Below, piece by piece: positions 50,846 through 59,509 of a DNA stretch of 64,000 nucleotides; within the stretch, counting starts at the first letter, position 1, and each line of letters starts with the position of its first letter. The notes under the pieces are model-generated. The model was not told the DNA's origin. It did not search any database and worked only from the letters and a program-made list of their open reading frames with translations. The stretch comes from Syntrophomonadaceae bacterium (GTDB lineage: Bacteria; Bacillota; Dethiobacteria; DTU022): positions 2,098 to 66,097 of the forward strand of contig SKMK01000042.1 of the NCBI GenBank assembly GCA_007121075.1, written 5' to 3'. A program made the position numbers and the translations under genes.

Positions 50846-51579
50846 GCAAAAGGATCTACAGAAAAAATGCCTGCGGTTTAAGATTGACTTCCTTTTCAGT
50901 AAAAGTCAAAGAAACCGATCTCTGGATTGCCCTCAGCACCGAGGCTTACAATAAAGATCTGCCTTCAGAGGTGGAGCAGTTAGTTTTCAATCACCGTCTT
51001 CTCCTGGAGCAATATCTTGATGATAACCCCTTTTACAAATCGGCTTTTGAGCCCTGCCTGCCGGTAGGAAATCCGCCCGATCTATTCCGGATCATGTCCA
51101 ATGCGGCCAACAGGGCCGGTGTCGGGCCGATGGCGGCCGTTGCCGGAGCTTTTGCCGAAACAGTAGGCCGATACCTGCAGCAGGTAGCCCCGGAAGTGGT
51201 GGTAGAAAACGGGGGCGATATTTACATCAAGGCTCTGGCTCCAATGAATGTGGGTTTATATGCCGGAAATTCGCCTCTGAGTGAAAAGCTGGCCCTTAAG
51301 ATTAATCCCGAACAGACCCCCCTCGGAATTTGCACCTCCTCCGGGATCGTCGGCCCTTCTTTTAGCTTTGGACAAGCCGAAGCAGCCGTGGCTTTATCAC
51401 AGTCCACGCCGCTTGCTGATGCTGTTGCCACCGCAATTGGAAACCGGATCAAAGATGCTCCTGATCTGGAGCCGGCCGTCGAGTATGCCCGGAGCATAAA
51501 AGGAATTACCGGGGCCCTGGCGGTTTACCGTGGTAAGATTGCGGCCTGGGGAGAACTCGAACTTGTAAGAACTGGTTGA
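50842..51579 (+). CDS. UPF0280/COG2122-like protein (ApbE-like fold), third member of the DUF39 cluster
   Basis: 245 aa. An ATGA overlap with the upstream stop suggests translational coupling. The family call is from memory of the COG1900-COG2122 association and is not verified. Confidence 0.4.
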   Translation: MSKRIYRKNACGLRLTSFSVKVKETDLWIALSTEAYNKDLPSEVEQLVFNHRLLLEQYLDDNPFYKSAFEPCLPVGNPPDLFRIMSNAANRAGVGPMAAVAGAFAETVGRYLQQVAPEVVVENGGDIYIKALAPMNVGLYAGNSPLSEKLALKINPEQTPLGICTSSGIVGPSFSFGQAEAAVALSQSTPLADAVATAIGNRIKDAPDLEPAVEYARSIKGITGALAVYRGKIAAWGELELVRTG

Positions 51580-51604
51580 ATGCAGCACTAATCTGCGCTA
51601 TAAT
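51576..51604 (+). promoter_or_regulatory. Sigma-A-like promoter of tRNA-Thr copy 1
   Basis: TTGAAT-N17-TATAAT lies 14 nt upstream of the mature tRNA 5' end. Confidence 0.55.
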
Positions 51605-51618
51605 ATTTAATGCTATAA

Positions 51619-51694
51619 GCCGGCATAGCTCAATTGGTAGAGCAGCTGAATCGTAATCAGCATGTTGGGGGTTCGAGTCCTCTTGCCGGCTCCA
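51619..51694 (+). tRNA. tRNA-Thr (anticodon CGU), copy 1, CCA encoded
   Basis: The cloverleaf was folded by hand. It has a 7-bp acceptor stem GCCGGCA/TGCCGGC, a D-arm GCTC-AATTGGTA-GAGC, an anticodon arm GCTGA-AT[CGT]AA-TCAGC, a T-arm GGGGG-TTCGAGT-CCTCT and a 3' CCA. Confidence 0.85.
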
Positions 51695-51707
51695 ATAAAA
51701 TAAAATC

Positions 51708-51744
51708 GGAAGGGTTCCGGATCTAATACCCGGAACCCTTTTGG
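51708..51744 (+). terminator. Terminator after tRNA-Thr copy 1
   Basis: Stem gggttccgg/ccggaaccc followed by TTTTGG. Confidence 0.55.
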
Positions 51745-51980
51745 TGTGCCCAACAAATGGGTTAATCTTAACTGAAGATAAAAGTCATGCATATATATTA
51801 GGTGCGGATTTTATCATGTTTATGATATCATTATATACATCATATGCTTGATTAAATAAGGTTAAGTCAGTCAATAATAAATTTTGGCTGCTCTCAATAT
51901 TGTTGTTCATTTACTGCCTGCAAAGAATTGAGTATTCAGTTCAGTGCGGCAGCAAATAAAGGAAGGTGAGTTGTAACCCA

Positions 51981-53261
51981 ATGGATTCGGCCATAATTGC
52001 CTTATTAATTCTTGCTGTTATAATAATACTTTACATTACCGATATTATACCTATTGCCCTTACTTCAATTGCCGGTTGTATTGCAATGGTTCTTTTTGGA
52101 GTTATTGAATTTGGTGAGGCTTTCAGTGGTTTTTCCGCCAATGTGGTTTTCCTGGTCGGAGGGATGATGTTCGTAGGGAATGCGCTCTTTGAAACCGGGG
52201 GAGCCCAGTTAATAGGGGATAAAATTAAATCCCTTGGCAAATCAAGCGAAAGAAGAATACTAATAGTTATAATGTTGGCCTGTGGTATACTTTCGGCTTT
52301 TCTTAGCAATTCTGCCACAACAGCAATGTTCATATCGGTGATTTTTGGAATGGCCGGCGGAGATATGTTGTTTAGCCGCCGGTTGCTCATGCCCCTGGCC
52401 TTTTCCGCAAACTCTGGCGGAATGTTAACTCTTATTGGTTCAACACCCCCGATTATCGTTCAAGGCATTTTGACAGATGCCGGATATGAACCCCTGGGCT
52501 TCTTTGAGTTTGCCCTGATCGGTTTGCCGATATTTATATTTGTCATACTGTTTATGATGACCATAGGTGCCAGCCAATTAAGCAAAACTATGCAAGTAAA
52601 AAGTGAACCTGTGGCAGAACCTTCTTCAGTGGATTCGGAACTAGATAACAAAGATTATGGCGAAAAGAAAGAAACATCAAAAATGAAATTGACATTTGGC
52701 ATCCTGGGGTTCTGTATCATACTTTTTGCTACTGAGGTTATACCATCTCATTTGACTTCGGTAATAGGCGCCTGGCTGATCATGATAACGGGTTGCCTCA
52801 AATTGAAGAAAGCTTTTAAAAATTTTGATTGGACCACTATATTTGTTTTGGCCGGTTCCCTTGGGATCGCCCGCGGTATAGAACTTAGCGGAGCGGCAGA
52901 ACTCATAGCCAACCAGATTTTAAATATCGGTTTTGCAGAACAGCCAATAATCATCATGGGTATATTCATTGCCGCAGGTATGATCTTTACCCAGATTGTT
53001 TCCAATACCGCCGCAACTGCAATGCTGGCTCCCATTGGTCTTTTTTTAGCACAGGGGATGGGAGTTTCGCCTTATCCTTTTTTACTTGGCCTCTGCACCC
53101 TAGCGGCAGCAGGTTTTGCCACTCCGGTGGCAACTCCTCCCAATACTATGGTTCTTCTCGGGGGTTACAGTTTTACAGATTATTTAAGGGTTGGAGGGTT
53201 ACTCAACCTGTTGGTTTTAATTATCACCATCCTTCTGGTCCCGTTAATCTGGCCCTTTTAA
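51981..53261 (+). CDS. ArsB/NhaD-superfamily anion permease (SLC13/DASS-like)
   Basis: About 12 TM segments in two halves separated by a central hydrophilic loop (KSEPVAEPSSVDSELDNKDYGEKKETSK). The internal repeat and the size fit the ArsB/NhaD permease fold. Confidence 0.5.
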   Translation: MDSAIIALLILAVIIILYITDIIPIALTSIAGCIAMVLFGVIEFGEAFSGFSANVVFLVGGMMFVGNALFETGGAQLIGDKIKSLGKSSERRILIVIMLACGILSAFLSNSATTAMFISVIFGMAGGDMLFSRRLLMPLAFSANSGGMLTLIGSTPPIIVQGILTDAGYEPLGFFEFALIGLPIFIFVILFMMTIGASQLSKTMQVKSEPVAEPSSVDSELDNKDYGEKKETSKMKLTFGILGFCIILFATEVIPSHLTSVIGAWLIMITGCLKLKKAFKNFDWTTIFVLAGSLGIARGIELSGAAELIANQILNIGFAEQPIIIMGIFIAAGMIFTQIVSNTAATAMLAPIGLFLAQGMGVSPYPFLLGLCTLAAAGFATPVATPPNTMVLLGGYSFTDYLRVGGLLNLLVLIITILLVPLIWPF

Positions 53262-53426
53262 AAGCAAAATAAAAAGTAGCAATATTATAAGGCCGGCTTA
53301 TTTTGTATTTGTGTTATTTGTTTAAATAATTGCAATTAGCCAGCAAAATCATTATAATATCTTTACCAAAGATTTTTTAGATATGGTTGCGGCTTTAAGA
53401 AAAAATGCTTAAAGAAAGGGATTTAA

Positions 53427-53693
53427 ATGGATAAATACAAAGAAGCGATAGAACGGCTTGTCGATGACATGCAGTACGTTAAACCAAAGCTAAAAAATGA
53501 TCGAAGGAATTCGAGGATGGCCAGTCTTTTATCACTTGTCATAGCGGTATTTATTCTTATTATCCTTGCCAGGCTTTATAGTGGTGGTTTATCAGAAGCC
53601 TTCGAAGGCTCCTATATTATTTTTGCCTGTATACTGGTTGTATTAATATGGATTTCAGAGCTTGTTATTCGCAACTATGCGCTAAAAAAATAG
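53427..53693 (+). CDS. Small 2-TM hypothetical membrane protein
   Basis: 88 aa with its own ttgcaa-N17-tataat promoter at about 53330-53358. It has no recognisable family. Confidence 0.3.
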   Translation: MDKYKEAIERLVDDMQYVKPKLKNDRRNSRMASLLSLVIAVFILIILARLYSGGLSEAFEGSYIIFACILVVLIWISELVIRNYALKK

Positions 53694-53884
53694 AACCGCT
53701 TAACCTTAGTTATAGATGCGCTTTTTAAAAACTTTCTGCTAAGTGCTCTTTCACTCCTATCCTATTTTATCTTAATATGGCTTCGAACCTGTGATGATGT
53801 TGGGGCTTGAATCATTTGCCGATATTGTCTAGTTTGTACTGACAGTCCTTCAGCATAATAATATATCAGAAATTTCCACTTTGT

Positions 53885-53914
53885 TTGACATCTTTCGAGT
53901 TCTTATGGTATATT
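53885..53914 (+). promoter_or_regulatory. Strong sigma-A-like promoter ahead of a ~270-nt leader and tandem CBS genes
   Basis: TTGACA-N18-TGgTATATT (extended -10). Confidence 0.45.
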
Positions 53915-54189
53915 TAGCTTGCGCAAAACTTAATCTACTATTATGTTACTTATACCTGCAAGCAATTATGCTTAACCCGCATTAACCTTATCAGTAACCT
54001 GGCAAAAAACAAATAACAACGGCAGCCTTTCCGGTAATGCTTAAAAAACTGACGTTTAAAGTTATTCTTAAAGAGTGCTTTAAACATTTTGCAAGCCTGG
54101 CGTGGGGATTGCGGTAATAGTTATCAATAACTTGTTTTAATGCAATTTATTGTTAGGGAGGTGTAACTTATGTTAAAGGGGGTTTCCGG

Positions 54190-54672
54190 ATGCTAAAAGC
54201 TAAAGACATTATGACCAAAGAGGTAGTCACGGTTGCCGAGCAGGACACTTTGCAAGATGTCGTTGACCTGTTGTCCAGACATCGCTTTGGGGGGCTGCCA
54301 GTTGTTGATAATGAATTGAATTTAAAAGGTGTTATCTCAGTAACAGACATAGTGCATTATTCCGAGAAAATTGACGTGGTCCCGTTAATCAATCTCTCCG
54401 GGTGGGTTTCTCCTCACAGCGATACCAACAGTCTATTTTACCTTCGCAAAGGTCAGGATGCTTTGCATTACACCGTTGTAGGGGATATCATGAGAAGAAA
54501 AGTATATACGGCCAAAGAAGATGATCCTTTAAATGAGGTGGCTAGATTAATGAAGCGCCGCCGGATTAACAGGGTGCCCATAGTTGATAATGACAACAAG
54601 CTGCTCGGTATTGTTACCAGATCCGATATTGTAAAAGGTATAAGTCAACTGGAAGAATTTGTGGAAGCTTGA
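54190..54672 (+). CDS. CBS-domain pair protein 1
   Basis: 160 aa with two CBS motifs (GGLPVVD... and ...RVPIVDNDNKLLGIVTRSDI). Confidence 0.7.
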   Translation: MLKAKDIMTKEVVTVAEQDTLQDVVDLLSRHRFGGLPVVDNELNLKGVISVTDIVHYSEKIDVVPLINLSGWVSPHSDTNSLFYLRKGQDALHYTVVGDIMRRKVYTAKEDDPLNEVARLMKRRRINRVPIVDNDNKLLGIVTRSDIVKGISQLEEFVEA

Positions 54673-54706
54673 GCTGTTCAGGCGTTTAAAGGAAGGAATG
54701 AGCGCT

Positions 54707-55174
54707 ATGGTCAGGGCTAAAGATATTATGAGCAGATCATTGATAACCATAACGGAAGATGAAACATTAAAAGAGGCTATAGATCTTTTGACTATGCATC
54801 ATTTTGGTGGCCTGCCTGTTGTGGACGGGGAAGGGAATCTCAGGGGGGCAGTATCCATAACCGACATTGTTCAGTTTGCCAGAGGCATAGACGAAAAGCC
54901 GCTGGTTAATTTATCAAAATGGTTTTCGGCCAAATCTGATGATATAGACACGTTTTATTCGAGGAAAAGCCGGGAGGCGATGAAGAATGCCCTGGTTAGA
55001 GATGCAATGAGCGTAAAAATTATAACGGCCGGGGAAGAGGAGCCTCTAAATGAAATGGGCCGTATGATGAAACGACATCGGACCAACCGGATTTATATTG
55101 TTGACGATCAAGGTAAAATTATTGGTATTGTTACCAGGGCTGATTTAATCCAGGGCGTCAGCAAATCTTCGTAA
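54707..55174 (+). CDS. CBS-domain pair protein 2 (paralog)
   Basis: MVRAKDIMSRSLITI... parallels the N-terminus of protein 1, MLKAKDIMTKEVVTV. It carries the same GGLPVVD and RIYIVDDQGKIIGIVTRADL motifs. Confidence 0.7.
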   Translation: MVRAKDIMSRSLITITEDETLKEAIDLLTMHHFGGLPVVDGEGNLRGAVSITDIVQFARGIDEKPLVNLSKWFSAKSDDIDTFYSRKSREAMKNALVRDAMSVKIITAGEEEPLNEMGRMMKRHRTNRIYIVDDQGKIIGIVTRADLIQGVSKSS

Positions 55175-55327
55175 GCATACATAAATGCAACTGCTAAAGG
55201 GGACATGCAACTGCTAAAGGCATTGCAATAATAATAACATTGCAGTATAATCCATATAGTTTATTTAAAAAAATTCTTGCCGATTAAAACGAATTACAAT
55301 AACAGAACCTTTTAAGGAGGAACATGA

Positions 55328-55858
55328 ATGCCTAAACTTAAGGCTGTTTTATTGCTTGTCCTCTCAGTTGGGTTGATTTTAACTTTATCGGGATGCGGGT
55401 TGCTCTTTTCTCAAAGCGCAGACCAGGAGGAAGTTAAATCAGATCCGGGAATAGAACTTCCGGAATGGCTGTTGTTAGCTCACCGCAGTACAGGTGATCT
55501 CAGGGCTGAAGAAGATCAAGAGCCGGCAATGCCGAAAAGCGATGAAGAAGATGATGAAGACAAAGATATAGAGGTAACGGCAGAACCTGATCCGGAAACA
55601 GCTGCACCGGCATCACAGGAGCAACCTGTTTCGCAGCCAGCTCCTGCAACTCAACCTGCTCAATCAAGCAGCCCTGCGGAAGAAGAAATAGAAGAGAGCA
55701 GCGGACCGTCCAAGTCGCAGCAGATGCTAGCTGAATCCTGGAATCAAAGACAGGATCAGGATGACCAGTCTGACAATGATATCGACAAAGGTGACGAAGA
55801 TGAGAGCTGGTGGAATCCTTCTAAGCAAAATTTCACCCATGATAAACCGGACTGGTAA
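55328..55858 (+). CDS. Secreted acidic low-complexity lipoprotein
   Basis: A signal peptide plus the lipobox LTLSGC, then a D/E/P/Q-rich low-complexity body. Confidence 0.5.
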   Translation: MPKLKAVLLLVLSVGLILTLSGCGLLFSQSADQEEVKSDPGIELPEWLLLAHRSTGDLRAEEDQEPAMPKSDEEDDEDKDIEVTAEPDPETAAPASQEQPVSQPAPATQPAQSSSPAEEEIEESSGPSKSQQMLAESWNQRQDQDDQSDNDIDKGDEDESWWNPSKQNFTHDKPDW

Positions 55859-55932
55859 TTCGCTGATTTTTTATTTATCAAAGTTTTTCCTGTAACAGCC
55901 CGCACTGATAAGCAAACTAGCTGTGCTGCATT

Positions 55933-55962
55933 AAAAAAAGGGGCAAAAAGCCCCTTTTTTAT
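55933..55962. terminator. Bidirectional Rho-independent terminator
   Basis: AAAAAAAggggcaaaaagccccTTTTTT sits between convergent genes. Confidence 0.6.
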
Positions 55963-56086
55963 GCTCAATTATGGGCAGGCCGGGGTTAATATGGTTCAAC
56001 CCTTAAGACCTTTTATCTTTTTTTGGCTGCGTCTATAGATTAATTTAAATGACCGGTTCTGCTTTCCGGATGAGCCCATTTTGAGC

Positions 56087-56284
56087 TTACCTGTTTTTTC
56101 TGGTCAACATGGAGGTCAGGTAGCCGAGAATAAAACCGCCGATCAGGATAATTGCAATCAATATAATCTGGGACATGGAGATGGACCAAAAGAGAAGGTG
56201 CAGGGACGTAACCTGAGTGTTTTGGGCCAGGATGATTAAAAAGAGAATGACCAGGACCAGGATAACAATAACCTTGGGTTTCAT
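56087..56284 (-). CDS. Small membrane protein (LapA/DUF1049-like)
   Basis: 65 aa with two TM segments and the pattern ...LHLLFWSISMSQIILIAIILIGGFILGYL. Confidence 0.4.
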   Translation of the reverse strand: MKPKVIVILVLVILFLIILAQNTQVTSLHLLFWSISMSQIILIAIILIGGFILGYLTSMLTRKNR

Positions 56285-56471
56285 ATCAATACCCCCATTT
56301 CATAGTAAATATAACATGACTGTATATTCCCTATTTTAATATTCACCCTTATTCCTGTTTTCCCTTCAAAAATCGAATAAATATCTATTATTGTGACAAA
56401 CAGGCCCTTTTACTGGATCACCCTCTCAAATATGTTATGATAGAAAAGAAAATGACCAGGGGTGTTTTATC

Positions 56472-57530
56472 TTGCAATATCCTTGTATTACTGCAGATTT
56501 AAGAAAGATGGCCGAAAACGTAGCTCTGGTGAAAAAGAAGTGTGCCGACAGCGGGATAGACATCATTGGGGTGACAAAGGGTTTTTGTGCCCACCCGGAA
56601 ATAGTGGAAGCTTATCTCAAGGGCGGAGTAAGTGGTCTGGGAGATGCAAGACTGAGAAACCTGGAAAAACTAAAATCTTTTAATGTCCCCAAATATCTAA
56701 TGCGAATACCCATGCTAAGCGAAGTAGAAGATGTGATCAGACTCTCCAATATAAGTATGAACTCTGAGCTTGAAACCATAAAAGCGCTGGGACGGGAGGC
56801 GCTTCGTCAGGGCAAAGTGCACAGTATTATCCTGATGGTTGAACTGGGAGACGTCAGGGAGGGAGTGCTCCAGGAAGAGGTGGTGGATTATGTCCGGGAA
56901 ATCCTCAACATTAACGGAGTTAAATTTCTGGGTATAGGGGCTAATCTATCCTGCTTTGGGGGCGTTATTCCTGATGAGAAGAACATGGGTCGGCTGGCCG
57001 GGTTGGCTGAACAGGTAGAGCAAGAACTTGATATTAATGTGGAAATTGTATCTGGAGGCAGCACTTCGAGCTTCCCCCTGGTTGATAAAAAGAGGATGCC
57101 TGGCAAAATAAACCACCTCAGGTTTGGCGAAATTTTTATCTCAGGTACCTATCTGGATGCGCGGGAAGGGGCTCATTATGATGTTTTTAAAATGGAAGCA
57201 GAGGTAATCGAGATTAAGCGAAAACCATCTATTCCCACCGGGGAGATTGGCCTCGATGCTTTTTTTAGAAAGCCGGTGTTCGAGGACCGGGGAATCAGGA
57301 AAAGAGCCTTACTGGCCATTGGCAGGCAGGATGTAGATCTTGATCAGATTAAGCCATGCGATAAAGAAATTGAGATAATCGGCGCCAGCAGCGACCATTT
57401 AATTGTTGATGTTGACTCCTGCTCAAGAAATTACAGGGTTGGCGATATTATCGAATTTAATTTAAACTATGTCTCTATACTGCGTCTTATGACTTCTGAG
57501 TACGTCCATAAAGTGATAATCCGTTCATAA
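56472..57530 (+). CDS. Alanine-racemase-fold PLP-dependent enzyme (ornithine/lysine racemase or YhfX-like)
   Basis: A TIM-barrel N-domain with a candidate PLP lysine in IIGVTKGFC. About 350 aa, the same size as clostridial ornithine racemase. Confidence 0.5.
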   Translation: MQYPCITADLRKMAENVALVKKKCADSGIDIIGVTKGFCAHPEIVEAYLKGGVSGLGDARLRNLEKLKSFNVPKYLMRIPMLSEVEDVIRLSNISMNSELETIKALGREALRQGKVHSIILMVELGDVREGVLQEEVVDYVREILNINGVKFLGIGANLSCFGGVIPDEKNMGRLAGLAEQVEQELDINVEIVSGGSTSSFPLVDKKRMPGKINHLRFGEIFISGTYLDAREGAHYDVFKMEAEVIEIKRKPSIPTGEIGLDAFFRKPVFEDRGIRKRALLAIGRQDVDLDQIKPCDKEIEIIGASSDHLIVDVDSCSRNYRVGDIIEFNLNYVSILRLMTSEYVHKVIIRS

Positions 57531-57689
57531 CCCATAGGGTTGTTTTGATTATCTTATTTATTAACCCGGGGAAACACTGGAGAGGTATAAACCGGTCAAA
57601 GTTACAGGTATTCGGGGCAGTGATTTTTATAAAGCAGATCACAGCCGGTTTAAAAGCCAGTATTTACTTTGCTAAAGGAGGTTGTTAAC

Positions 57690-58361
57690 ATGCCGGAGAT
57701 ATCCTTTTGGGGCCATGCCTGCTTTTTGATTTCTGAAGAAGGAAAGGAAACGTTGATTTTTGATCCTTTCATCAGCGACAATCCACTTGCGCCTGTAAAG
57801 GTGGGAGAAGCATATGCCGATTATATCCTTCTTTCACACGCTCACTGGGACCACCTTGGTGATGCGTACGAAATAGCCAAACAACATGGGGCAACAATTA
57901 TTTCTACGTCGGAAATTGCCAAAAAAGCTGCTTCAGATGGGCTTAATGCCCACGCCCAGCATCTTGGCGGGCGCAGTTATCATCCTTTTGGATCTGTAAA
58001 ACTTACCCTTGCCTTTCACGGTGCCGGTATAGAGGGAGGGCATGCCTGCGGTTTTATTGTGGACTATTATGGCAATAAAATATACTTTGCCGGAGACACC
58101 GGGTTGTTTAGCGATATGAAGCTGATTGGTGAACTGGATTCTCTTGACGTGGCCCTGCTGCCGATTGGCGATAACTTTACTATGGGCGTTGATGACGCTG
58201 TCATAGCAGCTTCATTCCTGCAGGCAAAGGTAGTTATTCCTTACCATTACAACACATGGCCTTTAATCGAAACAGATCCTGAATTATTTAAGCAGAAGGT
58301 AGAAGCGAAAACCGATAGCAGGTGTGTGATCTTGCCTCCTGGAAGCGGCTATAATCTTTAA
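57690..58361 (+). CDS. UPF0173-family metal-dependent hydrolase (MBL fold)
   Basis: MPEISFWGHACFLI...LLSHAHWDHLGD. The ATG at 57690 is 9 nt after ggagg. Confidence 0.75.
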   Translation: MPEISFWGHACFLISEEGKETLIFDPFISDNPLAPVKVGEAYADYILLSHAHWDHLGDAYEIAKQHGATIISTSEIAKKAASDGLNAHAQHLGGRSYHPFGSVKLTLAFHGAGIEGGHACGFIVDYYGNKIYFAGDTGLFSDMKLIGELDSLDVALLPIGDNFTMGVDDAVIAASFLQAKVVIPYHYNTWPLIETDPELFKQKVEAKTDSRCVILPPGSGYNL

Positions 58362-58389
58362 TAACTGGTAAAACTTTGCCTTTATTTTA

Positions 58390-59274
58390 CTAATTTTCCT
58401 TCCTGTAAAGCGGCCTGGTTAAACAAGTTGGTCCGCCGCCGCCTTTGACGGTGATATCTTTGCCGGGATATTCGTAGACTAAAGCTCCCTCTTTTTCAAG
58501 GGCTGCCCTGATAATCGGGTTGCCCGCGATCATGACACATTTACGCGGTCCCAAGGTCAGGACATTGCTTCCAAAGTTATTGTATTCACTGTCAGGGACT
58601 TCTATTAGTTTGAATCCTTTTTCCAGTAACAGATTGCGGAAAGGGACAACCGTCATCTTTGAATAAACTACGGCCAGATCTTTGTCAACCGGGCTTACCA
58701 TCGAGGTGAGATGCAGGCATTCATCCGGACCGTTCCAGTGAGGGAGCGGTACTTCGATTATTTCTTTGACCAGATCTTTGGTTAATTCCCGTAGCTGGGC
58801 AATTCCATCTTTATTAGTGCGATAGCCCACTCCTACCGCTACAGATTGGTCATCAAACCAGACTACGTCTCCGCCTTCAAGCAGGCCCGGTGGTTTTATT
58901 GTTCCCAGAATCGGTATGCCCAGGTTTTCCAGGTAATCGCCGACTACCGCCGGCTCGTTTTTTCTTTCTTTTTTCCTCATGTTGCACAGGATAGCACCGG
59001 AACTTGTGATCAGAACCGGGTCATGTACGTAGATAGAATCCAAATTAGTTTGATCATCTTCAGGAAGATAAAAGACTTTAGTAACGTGGCTTTCCACGAT
59101 CGTTGCCAGCTGATTAAATTCTTGCAGGGCCTTTTCGAAATTTGGTTTGCCCGGATAATTAAGCTTTTCCCATTGCTGATTGGTATATCCCTGGCCAAAC
59201 CAGGCTTTACCCGGGCTTTTCATCAAGACAGAGTGGATTTCACCTGTTTCAGATTGACCGTTAAAATTGATCAT
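58390..59274 (-). CDS. Amidinotransferase-superfamily enzyme (DDAH / arginine-deiminase-like)
   Basis: 294 aa with a C-terminal catalytic Cys in GGGGPTCLTRPL. The size and motif fit dimethylarginine dimethylaminohydrolase-like enzymes. Confidence 0.6.
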   Translation of the reverse strand: MINFNGQSETGEIHSVLMKSPGKAWFGQGYTNQQWEKLNYPGKPNFEKALQEFNQLATIVESHVTKVFYLPEDDQTNLDSIYVHDPVLITSSGAILCNMRKKERKNEPAVVGDYLENLGIPILGTIKPPGLLEGGDVVWFDDQSVAVGVGYRTNKDGIAQLRELTKDLVKEIIEVPLPHWNGPDECLHLTSMVSPVDKDLAVVYSKMTVVPFRNLLLEKGFKLIEVPDSEYNNFGSNVLTLGPRKCVMIAGNPIIRAALEKEGALVYEYPGKDITVKGGGGPTCLTRPLYRKEN

Positions 59275-59377
59275 ATTAACCTCCAGGGATAAATAAAGGT
59301 TATATTTTGTAAATACATTTTATCACATCAGTTATATGAAACCAAAAAGATGGAACAAAATCGCTCGTAAGAAGTTA

Positions 59378-59406
59378 TTGAACGTCAACTTGATCTGCGC
59401 TATAAT
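59378..59406 (+). promoter_or_regulatory. Sigma-A-like promoter of tRNA-Thr copy 2
   Basis: TTGAAC-N17-TATAAT. The 3' half of the spacer and the -10 are identical to copy 1. Confidence 0.55.
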
Positions 59407-59419
59407 ATTTATGCCACGG

Positions 59420-59495
59420 GCCGGCATAGCTCAATTGGTAGAGCAGCTGAATCGTAATCAGCATGTTGGGGGTTCGAGTCCTCTTGCCGGCTCCA
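59420..59495 (+). tRNA. tRNA-Thr (anticodon CGU), copy 2, identical to copy 1
   Basis: The 76 nt are identical to 51619-51694. The track ORF 59336-59548 overlapping it is spurious. Confidence 0.85.
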
Positions 59496-59509
59496 TGAAA
59501 GAAAGACTT

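Larger units (their letters stand above)
51562..51694 (+). repeat. Direct repeat unit A (promoter + tRNA-Thr), partner at 59364-59495
   Basis: About 133 bp. The tRNA is 100% identical between the two units and the roughly 55-bp promoter region is about 80% identical. Confidence 0.8.
59364..59495 (+). repeat. Direct repeat unit B (promoter + tRNA-Thr), partner at 51562-51694
   Basis: See unit A. Confidence 0.8.
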
